A DNA stretch of 64,000 nucleotides from Eledone cirrhosa (GCA_964016885.1 OZ024743.1:28396001-28460000), one strand, 5' to 3'; shown: positions 38,804-52,345, counted from the first letter of the stretch. A program made the numbers and translations. Notes: generated by a model not told the origin, from the letters alone.

Positions 38804-40180
38804 CAATATAAACAGTCTTATAAATAGATAGATTTGACATACCTTACAACTTCAACTTCCATTTAAAAAGTTGATTTGGTAGTGAAAAATGTTAGGGACA
38901 GTCATAAAAAGAAAGAAAGAAAGAAAGCGAAGAAAAAGAAGAAATGCATGTAACGAAAAACAGAGAGAGATAGATATAGAGAGATAGATAGAGAGAAGAA
39001 ATTCATGTAAAGAAAAAACAGTGAGAGATAGATAGAGAGAGAAAAAACACAGAGGGAGATAGATAGAGAGAGAGAAGAGAGAGAGAGAGAAAAAATAGAG
39101 AGAGATAGATATAGATAGAGATAGAGAGAAAGAAAATAGGTAGTTGGGCACCAGTTGAATGACGTATCAATGATATATTTATTTATTTATTTATTTATTT
39201 AGTTCTAGTATTAAGGTAGAGAGAGATATGTGTGGTTAGGAGAGAAAACAGCCGTTACATAGAGAGAAAAGAAAAATATCCAGAGATAAACGAGGCAGAT
39301 TTAAAACATTATGTTTCATCAATCTAAAAATATCAATTCGTAGGAATTAGGTATTATAATGTAAATATCAGTATTCATGAATGAGACACGTATCAATAAT
39401 GTGTGAAAAATAATGATCATATGTCTAGTTTAAAATTCCTATGTTTATAATCAGAACTGAGATAAAAAAACTGAGATAAAAAAACTGAGATAAAAAAACT
39501 GAGATAAAAAACTTCAAAAAAATTAAAATACATAAGTATATATGCACTTTCATGAAAAAAAAGAAAAAGAAAATAGGTTATCCCAGATTCGATACTATAG
39601 ACTTCCATGTGAATTTACGTGATCAACTCTGCAAATTCCTATTTCACATGAAAACAATCTCATTGTGCTATAAAAATTCTAGTATACATATATGTGTACA
39701 TACACACAAATATATATAGAATCTACATTAATTTTAACAATACTATTCTTGTCTTTACTCTACATGATTATCGTTCAAGCATAAATAGACAACAGATATC
39801 AATATATCAATAAAAATATTAAAAAATTAAAAAAAATTAAAAATAAAACACAGTATGCCCCGCAAATCAACCACAGAAATCAACCCTTCAAAATTAATTG
39901 ACAATATATTGCCAAGTTCATTATAAGCATCAGAATCAAAAGCAAACAAAACCAAAATTACTTACCAAATCCTGTCTAGCAGAAATCATTCCAAAAGTTT
40001 AGGATACCCATTTGATCTACAGATGGTCTTATATTTATTATAGAAGTTTATCTAGTGTAAAATTTATTTGATATATTTGGAGCATCAGCTTTTAGGGTAG
40101 TTTAATTATTCATGAAGAATGTTTAAAAAAAAGAAATCTTGCTCCAATAGTGTTGAGCGCTTTATATTATAACTGAAAAA

Positions 40181-42400
40181 ATGGAATTCTTTAAGATTTC
40201 TTCCTCTTTAAAAGACATACCTCTACCTAGAAACAAAGACTTTATTAAACAATTAATAGATAAATCGGACTCTTTTATAAAGAGAATCAGGTGGCGTGCA
40301 TTCCACTTTGATAAATCTAATATAAATGAAAATGTCTCGGACTTAGACAAAGTTTTCAAATCTAAAAAAAATCCACCCCCCAACAAACTTTTATTTGACT
40401 TTGAAAACGATATAATTTCTATCATACAAGGAGTCAAATTCAAGAGAAACTTCAAAGGCCAGGAATATCTGAAAGGCATTAAGGATAATATTGAGAGCTT
40501 AGAGAAAACTGAGAAGATCTTGGTGAAATCTGACAAGACCAACAACCTCTATGGAGTGCAAAAAGACATGTATAATGGCCTCATACTGAAAGAACTGAGG
40601 AAAAAGTACAAGGTAGCAGATAAGGCCGAGCTTGAGAAAATGAATGTTGAGGCATCTTGTATAATGCATGAGTTGGAAATTGAGAACAAAACACAACCTT
40701 TCGTGCCCAGGAAACCGAAGATCAATATGAAAGATCACAAAAGAAATTTTGAAAATGACCTGCCAGTCAGATTGATTTCAAAATCTGACCTGGGTAAACT
40801 TAGCAAAAACATTCTAGACAGGGTGATACAGCAAATTAAAAACTTGAATTGTTTACCTAACTTGAGCTTGTGGAAGGGAACTGGAGAGGTTATTGAGTGG
40901 TTTAAAGAAATTAAATATAACAATAATAATAAATTTATTCAACTAGATATTGCTAACTATTATTCATCTATTACCCCTAATCTACTAAATAAGGCACTAA
41001 ATTACGCATTCAAACATACAGACCTAACTAGCAATGAAATGCACATTATATTATCGGCTAGGAAAACATTGATAGAATTTAATAACCAACTATGGACCAG
41101 AGCAGATAGAGATAACAATTTCGACATTACTATGGGATCATCCGACTCAGCTCAGGTAACTGACTTTGTGGGCCTATTTATAATCAATTCGCTCCATAGG
41201 AAAATACCCGGTGCTACCGGAGGTTTATATAGAGATGACATGCTTTTACTTATTGAAAATAATAACTCTGAACTAAATAGAAAAAGAAAACAAATTACAC
41301 AATTTTTTAATTACTTTAATCTAAAAATAGAAATTGAGAATAACCATAGAATAGTCAATTTCCTAGATGTAACATTAAATCTCAACACATGTCTTCACTA
41401 TCCATTTCACAAGTTGAATGAAAACTTAAACTATGTCAGTTTTAACTCTAACCACCCCAGATCTGTTAAAAATACTATAGTGAACTCTGTTCAAAAACGT
41501 ATCTCTAGAATCTCATCTAATAAAAAGATGTTCGACGAAAAAGCCCAGTATTACAATGAACGGTTAGCTAGAGCAGGATATAGTGATAAAATTATGTACA
41601 TAGATAATAATAGACAAACTAACCAAAATAACAACAATTTTAATTACGGCAACAACTTTAACAACTATAATAGAAAGCATTACAATAATTCCACAAGCCC
41701 AAAAAGAAATAGAACTAGGAATATAATATGGTTTGCCCCCCCCTTTTCTCACTAAACATTAAAACCCACATCGCTAAACTATTTTTTAATGCTCTTGATA
41801 ATCGCTTCCCTAGAACACATAAGTATCACTCAATTTTCAATAGACATACTATAAAATTAACTTACTCATCCACCAAAAATTTAGCACAAAATATTAATAG
41901 AATAAATAATAGGAATTTAAAACCTAGCCAAAATACCGATAATAGCATAAATAATATCCAAGTAAACAAATGTAACTGTAGAGATAGATCTAAATGTCCG
42001 TTAAATAACAATTGCTTAGTTAAAAATATAATATACAACTGTAATGTTAAAACGGACTTAAATTCTTTTAACTATGTTGGTTCCACCTCGACAGAATTTA
42101 AACTTCGCTATAATAACCACAAGAATTCTTTCACAGATCCAAGCAAAAAAACCTTCAACATCACTATCAGGCTTACTCTGGCAACTTAAGCATGATAACG
42201 TTGGATATTCGACGGCTTGGAATATAGTCTCAAGAGGGATTCCTTTTAATTCATCTTCTGAGACATGTGACCTCTGCGCGGAGGAGATATTCTTTATACT
42301 AAAATCTAAAAATTCCCTTAATTTACGGACAAATTTATTCAGTTGCTGCAGACATAGATTGAACTCAACTTTTAAATATAAATATAAATTTAAAATGTAG
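40181..42400 (+). CDS. Penelope-like RT + GIY-YIG endonuclease polyprotein (two +1 frameshifts at ~41745 and ~42150)
   Basis: KSDKT, RLI, LDIANYYSSI, ITMGSSDS, YRDD, FLDVTL, SNHP, WFAPPF, CNCRDRSKCPLNNNC, NIIY, YVGST, RYNNH and CDLCAEE. Confidence 0.88.
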
Positions 42401-43714
42401 TATATTTACTTATGATTTGTAATTATTTATGAAACTCGCCGATAAATCTTTCGATTTCTTTTTTTTAAACATTCTTCATGAATAATTAAACTACCCTAAA
42501 AGCTGATGCTCCAAATATATCAAATAAATTTTACACTAGATAAACTTCTATAATAAATATAAGACCATCTGTAGATCAAATGGGTATCCTAAACTTTTGG
42601 AATGATTTCTGCTAGACAGGATTTGGTAAGTAATTTTGGTTTTGTTTGCTTTTGATTCTGATGCTTATAATGAACTTGGCAATATATTGTCAATTAATTT
42701 TGAAGGGTTGATTTCTGTGGTTGATTTGCGGGGCATACTGTGTTTTATTTTTAATTTTTTTTAATTTTTTAATATTTTTATTGATATATTGATATCTGTT
42801 GTCTATTTATGCTTGAACGATAATCATGTAGAGTAAAGACAAGAATAGTATTGTTAAAATTAATGTAGATTCTATATATATTTGTGTGTATGTACACATA
42901 TATGTATACTAGAATTTTTATAGCACAATGAGATTGTTTTCATGTGAAATAGGAATTTGCAGAGTTGATCACGTAAATTCACATGGAAGTCTATAGTATC
43001 GAATCTGGGATAACCTTCTATTTTCTTTTTCTTTTTTTTCATGAAAGTGCATATATACTTATGTATTTTAATTTTTTTTTGAAGTTTTTTATCTCAGTTT
43101 TTTATCTCAGTTTTTTTATCTCAGTTTTTTTTATCTCAGTTCTGATTATAAACATAGGAATTTTAAACTAGACATATGATCATTATTTTTCACACATTAT
43201 TGATACGTGTCTCATTCATGAATACTGATATTTACATTATAATACCTAATTCATACGAATTGATATTTTTAGATTGATGAAACATAATGTTTTAAATCTG
43301 CCTCGTTTATCTCTGGATATTTTTCTTTTCTCTCTATGTAACGGCTGTTTTCTCTCCTAACCACATATATCTCTCTCTACCTTAATACTAGAACTAAATA
43401 AATAAATAAATAAATAAATATATCATTGATACGTCATTCAACTGGTGCCCAACTACCTATTTTCTTTCTCTCTATCTCTATCTATATCTATCTCTCTCTA
43501 TTTTTCTCTCTCTCTCTTCTCTCTCTCTATCTATCTCTCTATATCTATCTCTCTCTGTTTTTCGTTACATGCATTTCTTCTTTTTCTTCGCTTTCTTTCT
43601 TTCTTTCTTTTTATAACTGTCCCTAACATTTTTCACTACCAAATCAACTTTTTAAATGGAAGTTGAAGTTGTAAGGTATGTCAAATCTATCTATTTATAA
43701 GACTGTTTATATTG

Positions 43715-43780
43715 TATTTTGTCTGATGAAGGCATACCATATTTTTAATATGATATCCCTGAAATATATATAATGAAATA
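43715..43780 (+). ncRNA. Minimal type I hammerhead in the 3' pLTR
   Basis: UAUUUUGU-CUGAUGA-AGG...CCU-GAAA-UAUAUA-UA^AUGAAAUA. Stem I is 8 bp including G-U pairs; stem III is palindromic. Confidence 0.75.
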
Positions 43781-43820
43781 AATATGGTTTTATAAATATA
43801 TTTTCCATTTAATTAATATC

Positions 43821-43899
<79 letters not shown>

Positions 43900-44057
43900 T
43901 ATATATATATAAATAAATGCTATTGTTAATTAATAAATAAATTAACTAATACCTTAACACTTCACACAAAGTAAAATATTTTGTTTTTAAAATTTTCTAA
44001 CCCAGAAAAAAGAGAGAAACATAAAAGGAAAATAATTCCTAATAATCGTCTTTTTCT

Positions 44058-44112
<55 letters not shown>

Positions 44113-44361
44113 AGTATATGTATGTATATATATATAACCCAAATTAAATTAAGGATGTCACGTCTGAGAAATATGCTCAATTGAGATTAATCATTTTTAA
44201 ATGTGTCGATATTTGAAGTTATCGTTAAACTTTAATTAGTTACCTATCTTGCTGTGTGTGCTTACACTCTTTACAAATTATCGTTTGTGATTGTTTCATA
44301 TGTTTATTTTATATATATATATATATATGTCAATCGATTTCTAGTTGATATGTATATATAT

Positions 44362-44478
<117 letters not shown>

Positions 44479-45086
44479 AGGATGTATATATATATATATA
44501 TATATGTAGAAGGTGAACAAAACTATGCCTATATCAGATAAGTAGCACTCAACAGTTGGTAGAACTGGAGTATATATAAAAAAGAAATTAAAAGATGGTT
44601 AAAAGAGTTCCATATATTGGTGTGATGTCATCCTTTGGATCACTGCAAAGAGATAGCACGAGAGAGATAGCACGTCTATTGTCTCCAAGCTCTGATTATC
44701 CAATTTTTGTTGTTTCAGCAACTGACGTCAGAACGTAACGTCAGAACTAAGGGCAGTTAATTGACTGGCTTCACAGTCGACGCTAGATGGCGTGATCTTC
44801 TACATGGCCTCCCACCAGATTTTTGGAAAATTAAATAAAAATCGGTTCATCGAATCATGTATGTAGAAAAACCGATTCGCAACCAGCAAAAATCCCAAAC
44901 CAAGGAGCAATCAGTCCAACCGAGCATGAAGGGCACAACAAATTTCAAAGATACATATTAAACAAGCATTCAAGAACGTGAAAGGAAAAAACAAATGTAA
45001 TAAAATGTAAATACAATTTCCTAAAAGTTCCAATAGTCACTACAGGATTAAAGCACCGCAAAATAGCAGTTTAAAAATATACCGTG

Positions 45087-45710
45087 CTACAGCTTTTTGG
45101 GCCAATGAACCCTCCGACCGGAACGGGTCGTAGTCTTATATCTTGGTGATGGGGGGGGGGGGGGGGGGGGGCAAAAAAACAGGTGTGTGTGCAAAAGAGA
45201 AAGATGGGGGTGTATGTGGCTCAGTTGTGTGAGCATCTGTGTAGGCCCGTTTAAGTCTATCAACCGCAATGGTCTCTCTGGATCCCTTAATGTCTACAGT
45301 GAAATGTTTATCAGAACGAGCCAACACACGGTAGGATCCAGAGTACGGTTGTGTGAGAGGTGGTCTCACAGCATCGCTTCTTACGAACACATGGGTCCAC
45401 GAGGCAATATCCCTCGGGACTGCAGATTTTACAGTTTGTTTCCGAGCGGAGCCTTAACGTGTTTATGGATTTTCGATTTCTGGCAAGCAATGCAGGAACG
45501 GCACCAAGCAGTAATATCGCGTTTCATATTTGGCCAGAAGAATCTGGCTGTTATGAGCTTTACTGTGGTAGAAGATCCTGGGTGGGAAATACTGTGTAAA
45601 ACAAGAAAAACAGTACGACGATGGTTTAGCGGGACGAACGGTCTCTGTGAATCCACGGAAACGTCGCAGAGAATCTGTCCGTCTGCGGTGGGCAATGGCA
45701 GGTATTTCAA
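45087..45710 (-). pseudogene. Gypsy integrase remnants (HHCC zinc finger and GPY/F tail; catalytic core absent)
   Basis: LHSISHPG..CIACQKSK is joined almost directly to VFVRSDAVRPPLTQPYSGSY. Confidence 0.8.
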
Positions 45711-45743
45711 ATTACTCGTCGCAAATTCGGCTGATGTAATATC

Positions 45744-47600
45744 CTACGATTCCAGTGCAGGTTGGTCTGCTGCCAAGTGATTTAAATCGATGTCGTGGGA
45801 TGACGCAATTGCATTGATCGGCAATCGAGACAGGGTGTCAGCCGCTGTGTTTAATGAGCCTGGAATGTGTTGGATGTCGTTTGTGAATTGCGAGATAAAG
45901 TCGAGATGCCTTGTTTCTCTGGGCGAGTACTTGTCGGACTTTGCCCTTAAAGCGAAGGTCAAATGTTTATGGTCAGTATAGATTGTAAAACACCTTCCTT
46001 CGAGCATATGTGAAACATGTTTTACGGAAAGGTAGATGGCTAACAGCTCCTGGCCAAAGGTGCTGTAGCGAGTTTCTTCAGGCTTCAACTTCCTGGAGAA
46101 AAATTCCAATGGTTGTTGGTGATCGTCACTACTCTGTTGTAAGACTGCACCCACTGCAGTATCCGACGCATCAACACAAAGCGAAAGCTTGGCATTAGAC
46201 ACTGGGTGGGCCAGCAAAGATGCACTAGCCAATGCTGATTTGGCTTTTTGAAAATCCTCGAGCTGAGTCTGAGTCAAAGAGATGTCCTTATTTTTCTTGC
46301 GGCAATTTTTCAGAATCTCAGTAAGAGAGAAGAGTAGATTAGTACAATGCGGAACAAAACGTCTATAGATATTTATCAGTCCTAGGAATTGTCGCAACTG
46401 ACGAAGTGAGGTCGGCGGAGGCAAATCCTCTATAGCCTGAACTCGTTGAGGGAGGGGTCGACTACCCTCGGAGTCAATGACATGACCTAAAAAATTCAGC
46501 GATTCCGCACCGAAAACACATTTTGTGGTACTTATATGAAAACTGTAATCCTTGAGTCGACAAAACAAAAGATTCAAATGACGTATGTGTTCTTCTCTGG
46601 AGGAACTAGCAATAAGCAGATCATGAATATAAGTGTAGACGAAGTCTAAACCACGAGTGACCTCACCCATAAACCGTTGAAAGGTGCTAGCAGCATTCCT
46701 AAGTCCGAAAGGCATGGTAAGAAATTCGGATGATCCAATTGGAGTCGTAATGGCCGTTTTCGGAATATCTTCTTTCTTGACGGGAATCTGATGATAGGCT
46801 CGCACCAAATCGAGCTTCGAGAATATTTTACATCCCTGCAATGACGATGCAAAATCTTGCAGGTGTGGAATAGGATATCTATCCCGGACAGTTATTGCAT
46901 TTAACTTCCTATAATCCCCAGTGGGTCTCCAGTCGCCAGAAGTCTTGGGTACCATGTGCAATGGAGAAGCCCAAAGGCTCGTAGAAGGGCGAATTATGCC
47001 TAGCTGCAGCATGTGGTTGAACCTAGACCGTCCTGCCTTCAATTTATCCGCAGGCAAGCGACGAGGACGTGAGAACACTGGGGCGCCAGTTGTAGAGATA
47101 AAATGCTCTGTTGTGTCAGTTGGTTCGACAACTCGAAAATTTCCCTGAGTAAGCTGTGGGAAAGAATTCAACAATGTATGATAGGGATTCCCAGCATTAG
47201 CGAGGAAAAAGGTCGGACTAACTGTTATAAAATTAGCTTTCTGGCCACGAAGAGAAAAACCAGTAATGTCGTCTACTAGGTCTCGGCCATGGACATCCAC
47301 CGTCAATGCAAAATGGTGTAGAAAATCCGCTCCCAAGATCGGATATGGTAAGTCAGCAACCGCTAAAATCCATTTGAATTCTCGTCGAAGATTTCTGAAT
47401 TGCAGAGGAAGCGAGATTTGTCCAAAAGTCCGTATCGGCGAATGATTGACAGCTTCATAGATTCATTGATGACTCAGGAGGAGTTACTGTCATACAGTTG
47501 ACAGGCCAAATACTGCACGATGCTCCTGTGTCTACGAGGATGGCTCTTCCAGACAGGAGGTCCTCTATGAAGAAATGGCGGTTCTGTTGTGTCTCGCAGA
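45744..47600 (-). pseudogene. Gypsy pol: protease (LVDTGA, ~47521-47540), RT and RNase H
   Basis: [40 protein letters not shown] (catalytic YxDD mutated), DASD and YTDHK. Confidence 0.9.
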
Positions 47601-47615
47601 GTTCACCTGCCGCCT

Positions 47616-48206
47616 TTAGTGACTCTGATCTACATTCCCCGAAGCTGAATATTTACATGGAGGCCGGCAATGTTTTGCCTTATCCGCGAAGGTGGTATGA
47701 TACCAGCAAAATAATGGATTGCTGGCGGGCGAAGTAGTATGCTGACGTGGAGTCGCGAAAGAACGCGAACGACTCCTAGGCCGCCGGGAATACGGCCTAT
47801 TCTCCCTGCATAACCGAGCGACTTGCTGCGTCAAAGCGTCAATAGCCTTCAACATGGCATCCACGCGTGTCGAGACGGGATGGTTCAAATGAGAGGAAGC
47901 AATACGCGAGTCCGAGGCGGTAGCCTTTTTAGAAAATTCCACGATTCGATCCGCGGAGGCAGCAATTTGCTCCAAAGAGCTGGTGTCCACTATATTTGCC
48001 AAAATAATTTGGACGTTGTTTGGCAGCCGAGAGAAAAATAATTTTTTAATAAAGGAATTATCCTGTTCAGGCGAGTCACTGTGGTCCCTAATGTGGCGCA
48101 AAAATTCGGACGGCGACCTATCGCCTAGACACTCGTCCTCCAACAATGAACGAAATCTGCTCTCAGCAGAACGATTGCGGGAAGAATTTCTTCCCGCAAC
48201 AATCAT
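47616..48206 (-). CDS. Gypsy gag (N-terminus disrupted)
   Basis: LGDRSPSEFLRH, LFFSRLPNNVQIIL and CWYHTTFADKAKHCRPPC. Confidence 0.82.
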   Translation of the reverse strand: MIVAGRNSSRNRSAESRFRSLLEDECLGDRSPSEFLRHIRDHSDSPEQDNSFIKKLFFSRLPNNVQIILANIVDTSSLEQIAASADRIVEFSKKATASDSRIASSHLNHPVSTRVDAMLKAIDALTQQVARLCRENRPYSRRPRSRSRSFATPRQHTTSPASNPLFCWYHTTFADKAKHCRPPCKYSASGNVDQSH

Positions 48207-48793
48207 AAGAAATACTGGCCGACGGGTTCGTAATCAAATCTTTCACTGTTATAGCGAGTGAAGAAGGAATAGCACTTTAGGCGGGGTGATGGTCGTCAGT
48301 CCTCCCGTCTTATTGGATATTGTTTACTGGCACATAGTCAAACAAGGAATAAGGAAGATACCTCAATTTTATGTTATAAAAACATTTTTTAATAGGAGCA
48401 ATTACAGAATATATTCAAATACTAGGTTGGGATATATTTAAGTCGTCGTATACTGCCGCATGGTGTGGTGTCATCCTTTGGATCACTGCAAAGAGATAGC
48501 ACGATAGATATAGCACGTCTATTGTCTCCAAGCTCTCATTGTCCAATTCTTGTTGTCTCAGCAACTGACGTCAGAACGTGACGTCAGAACTAAGGGCAGT
48601 TAATCGACTGGCTTCACAGTCGACGCTAGATGGCGTGATCTTCTACACTATCATATGTTGACTTAGCATTTTCCTGTAAACAAGTGCTATTATGCCTCAT
48701 GAAAACACAATTTTTGTCCCAAGATGATTTTGTATTCGAAATGCGCATAATAAAATATATGGAACTCTTTTAACCATCTTTTAATTTCTTCTT

Positions 48794-48882
<89 letters not shown>

Positions 48883-49289
48883 ATACATATATATATGTAT
48901 ATATATATATATATGTATAGTTATATTTTGAGAGAGTCATGCAGCCAATAAAAAAACACACGCACATGTTGGATTTCACTTAAATTACCAATGTCCGGTT
49001 AGTTGGTTTAACAACAAGATGGTTTTTTATTTTGTGTGTTGTGCGCACAACAGGCCCCTCCTGTTTATCTAGTATCCTATAATACGCTATAATGTGGAAA
49101 ACATTTGAGTTTGTGTCCCAATGGTAGACAAGAGGGTATATATTCTGATAAAGCACTAATGTCCGAAATGTAAATATTTTTGCCTACGATATCAAAAGTT
49201 AAACTAATATAGATCATCAATGTACTGTATCATTTGATACGTTGTTTCCTGTTTACTTTTGGCATGTACACACACACACACACACACAG

Positions 49290-49386
<97 letters not shown>

Positions 49387-49452
49387 TAACAGATTAAAGT
49401 TTAAGCAAAGAATAGCTGCTTTCACCCTTAACGGGATCTTCTGAAACTATAT

Positions 49453-49487
<35 letters not shown>

Positions 49488-49488
49488 C

Positions 49489-49546
<58 letters not shown>

Positions 49547-49721
49547 TTAATATAGATGAGATTCTACAGGACTAGAACTGTTTCATTCATAAGAAATCAT
49601 CATTCTTATGAATGAAACAGTTCTAGTCCTGTAGAATCTCATCTATATTAAAACTGTTATACTCTGCTATGTATTGAGTACCTTACTTACTGTGGTTACC
49701 TCCGATTCAACCCGGAATAAC

Positions 49722-49759
<38 letters not shown>

Positions 49760-49839
49760 TCAGAAGATCCAATTAAGAATGATAGCAGCTATTCTTTACT
49801 TAAACTTTAATCTGTTATTTTAATATATATATATATATA

Positions 49840-50013
<174 letters not shown>

Positions 50014-50022
50014 TATATATAT

Positions 50023-50053
<31 letters not shown>

Positions 50054-50859
50054 AAGTGTGTGTGTATGCTTGTGTGATTGAGAGAAATCAGATTGAAGGT
50101 GTTAAATACCAGCTTGACCACTACTCACCAGAGTACTCGATACATGAAGTAATAGAGTGGGTAATAGGAACAAATTCAGGACCCCGACGGCTGAGTTCTG
50201 GCCGTTTCGATAGTTAGATCTGAGTTCTGATCTAGCTGTCGAAACGTCCGGAGCTCAGCGGTTGCGGTCCTGAATTTTTTCTCATATATATTAAATATAC
50301 ATATATATACTTACATACATACTTACATGCCTGTTTACACCCTCCAACATATATATATGTTTCTTTGTTTATGTGTGTGCGCGTGCCTATGTATTCCCAC
50401 AACCCAATGATTGGGGCCGGTAAAAGCATAATAGAAAATACGCAACTAGTATAATAATAAAATATGATGTTATATAATACCATGTATTGATGTTTTGCTT
50501 ATTCGTCGGGCCTAGCGCAATCACACGTATTTCAGTCAAGTTTATTAGCTATAATGTAAAATTCTAAATGGATGTTGTAATAACCTTAATTGTCCACAAG
50601 AATTAGCACTGTAAGCTTACGTGAATCAATATGAATTAGTAGCGTTTGTTTGAAGCAACATACAATACAAACATTGAGCCTGGTGAGATAATATATCCCT
50701 TTCAACATACTTGTCGCTTCACAAAACATTTATATTTCATTTATTTTATGATATATAACGTTTCTCTTATAGAACTCTTGATTGATTATTTTCCTTGGGT
50801 AAAAAGAAACTTTCAGATTAATAATGAAACGTGTGTAACTTGCGTGAGCGTCTTTAATG

Positions 50860-50999
<140 letters not shown>

Positions 51000-51349
51000 T
51001 AAATCTGGTGAAGTTAGAATGACGGGGGAAAACTATCGAATACTAACATTAATACTGAAGACGTTTTTTATATGAAAAATCAGTAAAAATGTTGCCCTCC
51101 TCCCATGGCCCTTTCTTATAACTGTGCTTTAAGGTACGACAGATGCAAGGAGACCATTTCATAAGGAATAGATGAAAATATATTCTATAATAGAGTTTGT
51201 AGCAAAGAACTAGAATCCAGGCAATATAACTAACGAATAAGAAACCTATAGTCTTCTGAATTCTCTGCACACAAAAACAATAATTCAGTAGCTCACAATA
51301 TGTGTGCTGTGCATGTGCTGACACTAACATTTGATCTAATTGACTGGAC

Positions 51350-52345
51350 GCGAGACGCAATATGAGCCATTGATGTTTAATACTCGAAAGGTTTTAAAAG
51401 GTACTGAAAGTTTCCACATCAGCAGTGAGATAAACTGCTTCTATCTAAAACGTAAACTGAGGCAGAGGCGTTATATCAGACCAAACAACATTTCAGTGTC
51501 GCATCATATATCCCCGACAATATCTACGAACCACCAAGCGTAGACGCCCATCTATAGAACAAGTCTGTATAAATGAGGCAAATGCCATTATGAGAGTTGG
51601 GAAAGAGCTCCTTGAGAAATACTCCCTGCATTATAACCAAAACTTTACACCCATGGAAATTGCACAGTAATACCACAATGAATCCACGAATAAAAAGCTG
51701 CATTCGTAGCAGCAAAACATCATGCATAGCACCTCACTTTAAAGGATAGGTTTTTTGCAATACTAGAACAGAAAATAACAACAAAATACCTGATTTACAA
51801 AAGAAATAGGAATGCAGGCAAAACACCTAGATATGACAAAGATGCAAAATCTGTTTAATAATCATCGAAGATCATAAACAGCTACGAGGCGTGATGTAGT
51901 GGCCAAAATACTATACAATGCAATCCGTACAAAGGATAGTCATGAGAATAAGCATATGTTACTGTGATGTGGAGGATATAAGCATACATATATTACAATA
52001 CACACCCCAATAAAATGCAAACATAACAGACCAGACATATTGGTAAGGAAGAGAGAACAGAAGGCATGCACAGTGGCGGAGATAAGTTGCCTATCAGATG
52101 TCAATATAATGCTAAAGATTAGCTGAAAGAATATTTATACCGAAATAATGAGGAATCTGCAGACATACCACCCTGTCTATACCTTTCGATTGGTGCATGA
52201 AATCAATGAGTCTCTGGAACATATTGCTAACTGCCCCAGTACAAATATGGAGAAGCTGGGCTTCACAGAACCAGAAAGGGTACAAGTAGTTAGGAAATTG
52301 CAAGTTGGAACTGTAAATATATGTAAAACCTTTCATAAAAATTCA
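51350..52345 (+). mobile_element. Eroded R4/Dong-type 3' fragment
   Basis: SSEINCFYLKRK, HNRPDILVRKREQKACTVAEISCLSDVN and GTVNICKTF are homologous to 55190-56260. Confidence 0.75.

Larger units (their letters stand above)
38610..43823 (+). mobile_element. Near full-length Penelope-like retroelement (probably Naiad-type) with ~1.4-kb inverted pLTRs, embedded in (TA)n
   Basis: RT-GIY-YIG ORF 40181-42400. Arms 38695-40138 and 42453-43823 are reverse complements. (TA)n lies on both flanks. Confidence 0.92.
44618..48647 (-). mobile_element. Ty3/Gypsy LTR retrotransposon, internally deleted
   Basis: ~187-bp LTRs at 44618-44804 and 48461-48647 (TGTAG...CACCA on minus). PPT-like GGTGGGAGG precedes the 3' LTR. 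Domain order gag-PR-RT-RH-IN. Confidence 0.93.

Noticed and set aside
31788-42400. Selenoprotein-type Naiad elements
   Set aside because: Zinc-finger cysteines in the three readable PLE ORFs are ordinary Cys codons, and no convincing SECIS hairpin was found in the pLTRs.
38695-43823. Polinton or DNA transposon call based on long TIRs
   Set aside because: The internal ORF is a PLE RT/GIY-YIG, the arms carry pLTR hammerheads, and no transposase or TSD is present.
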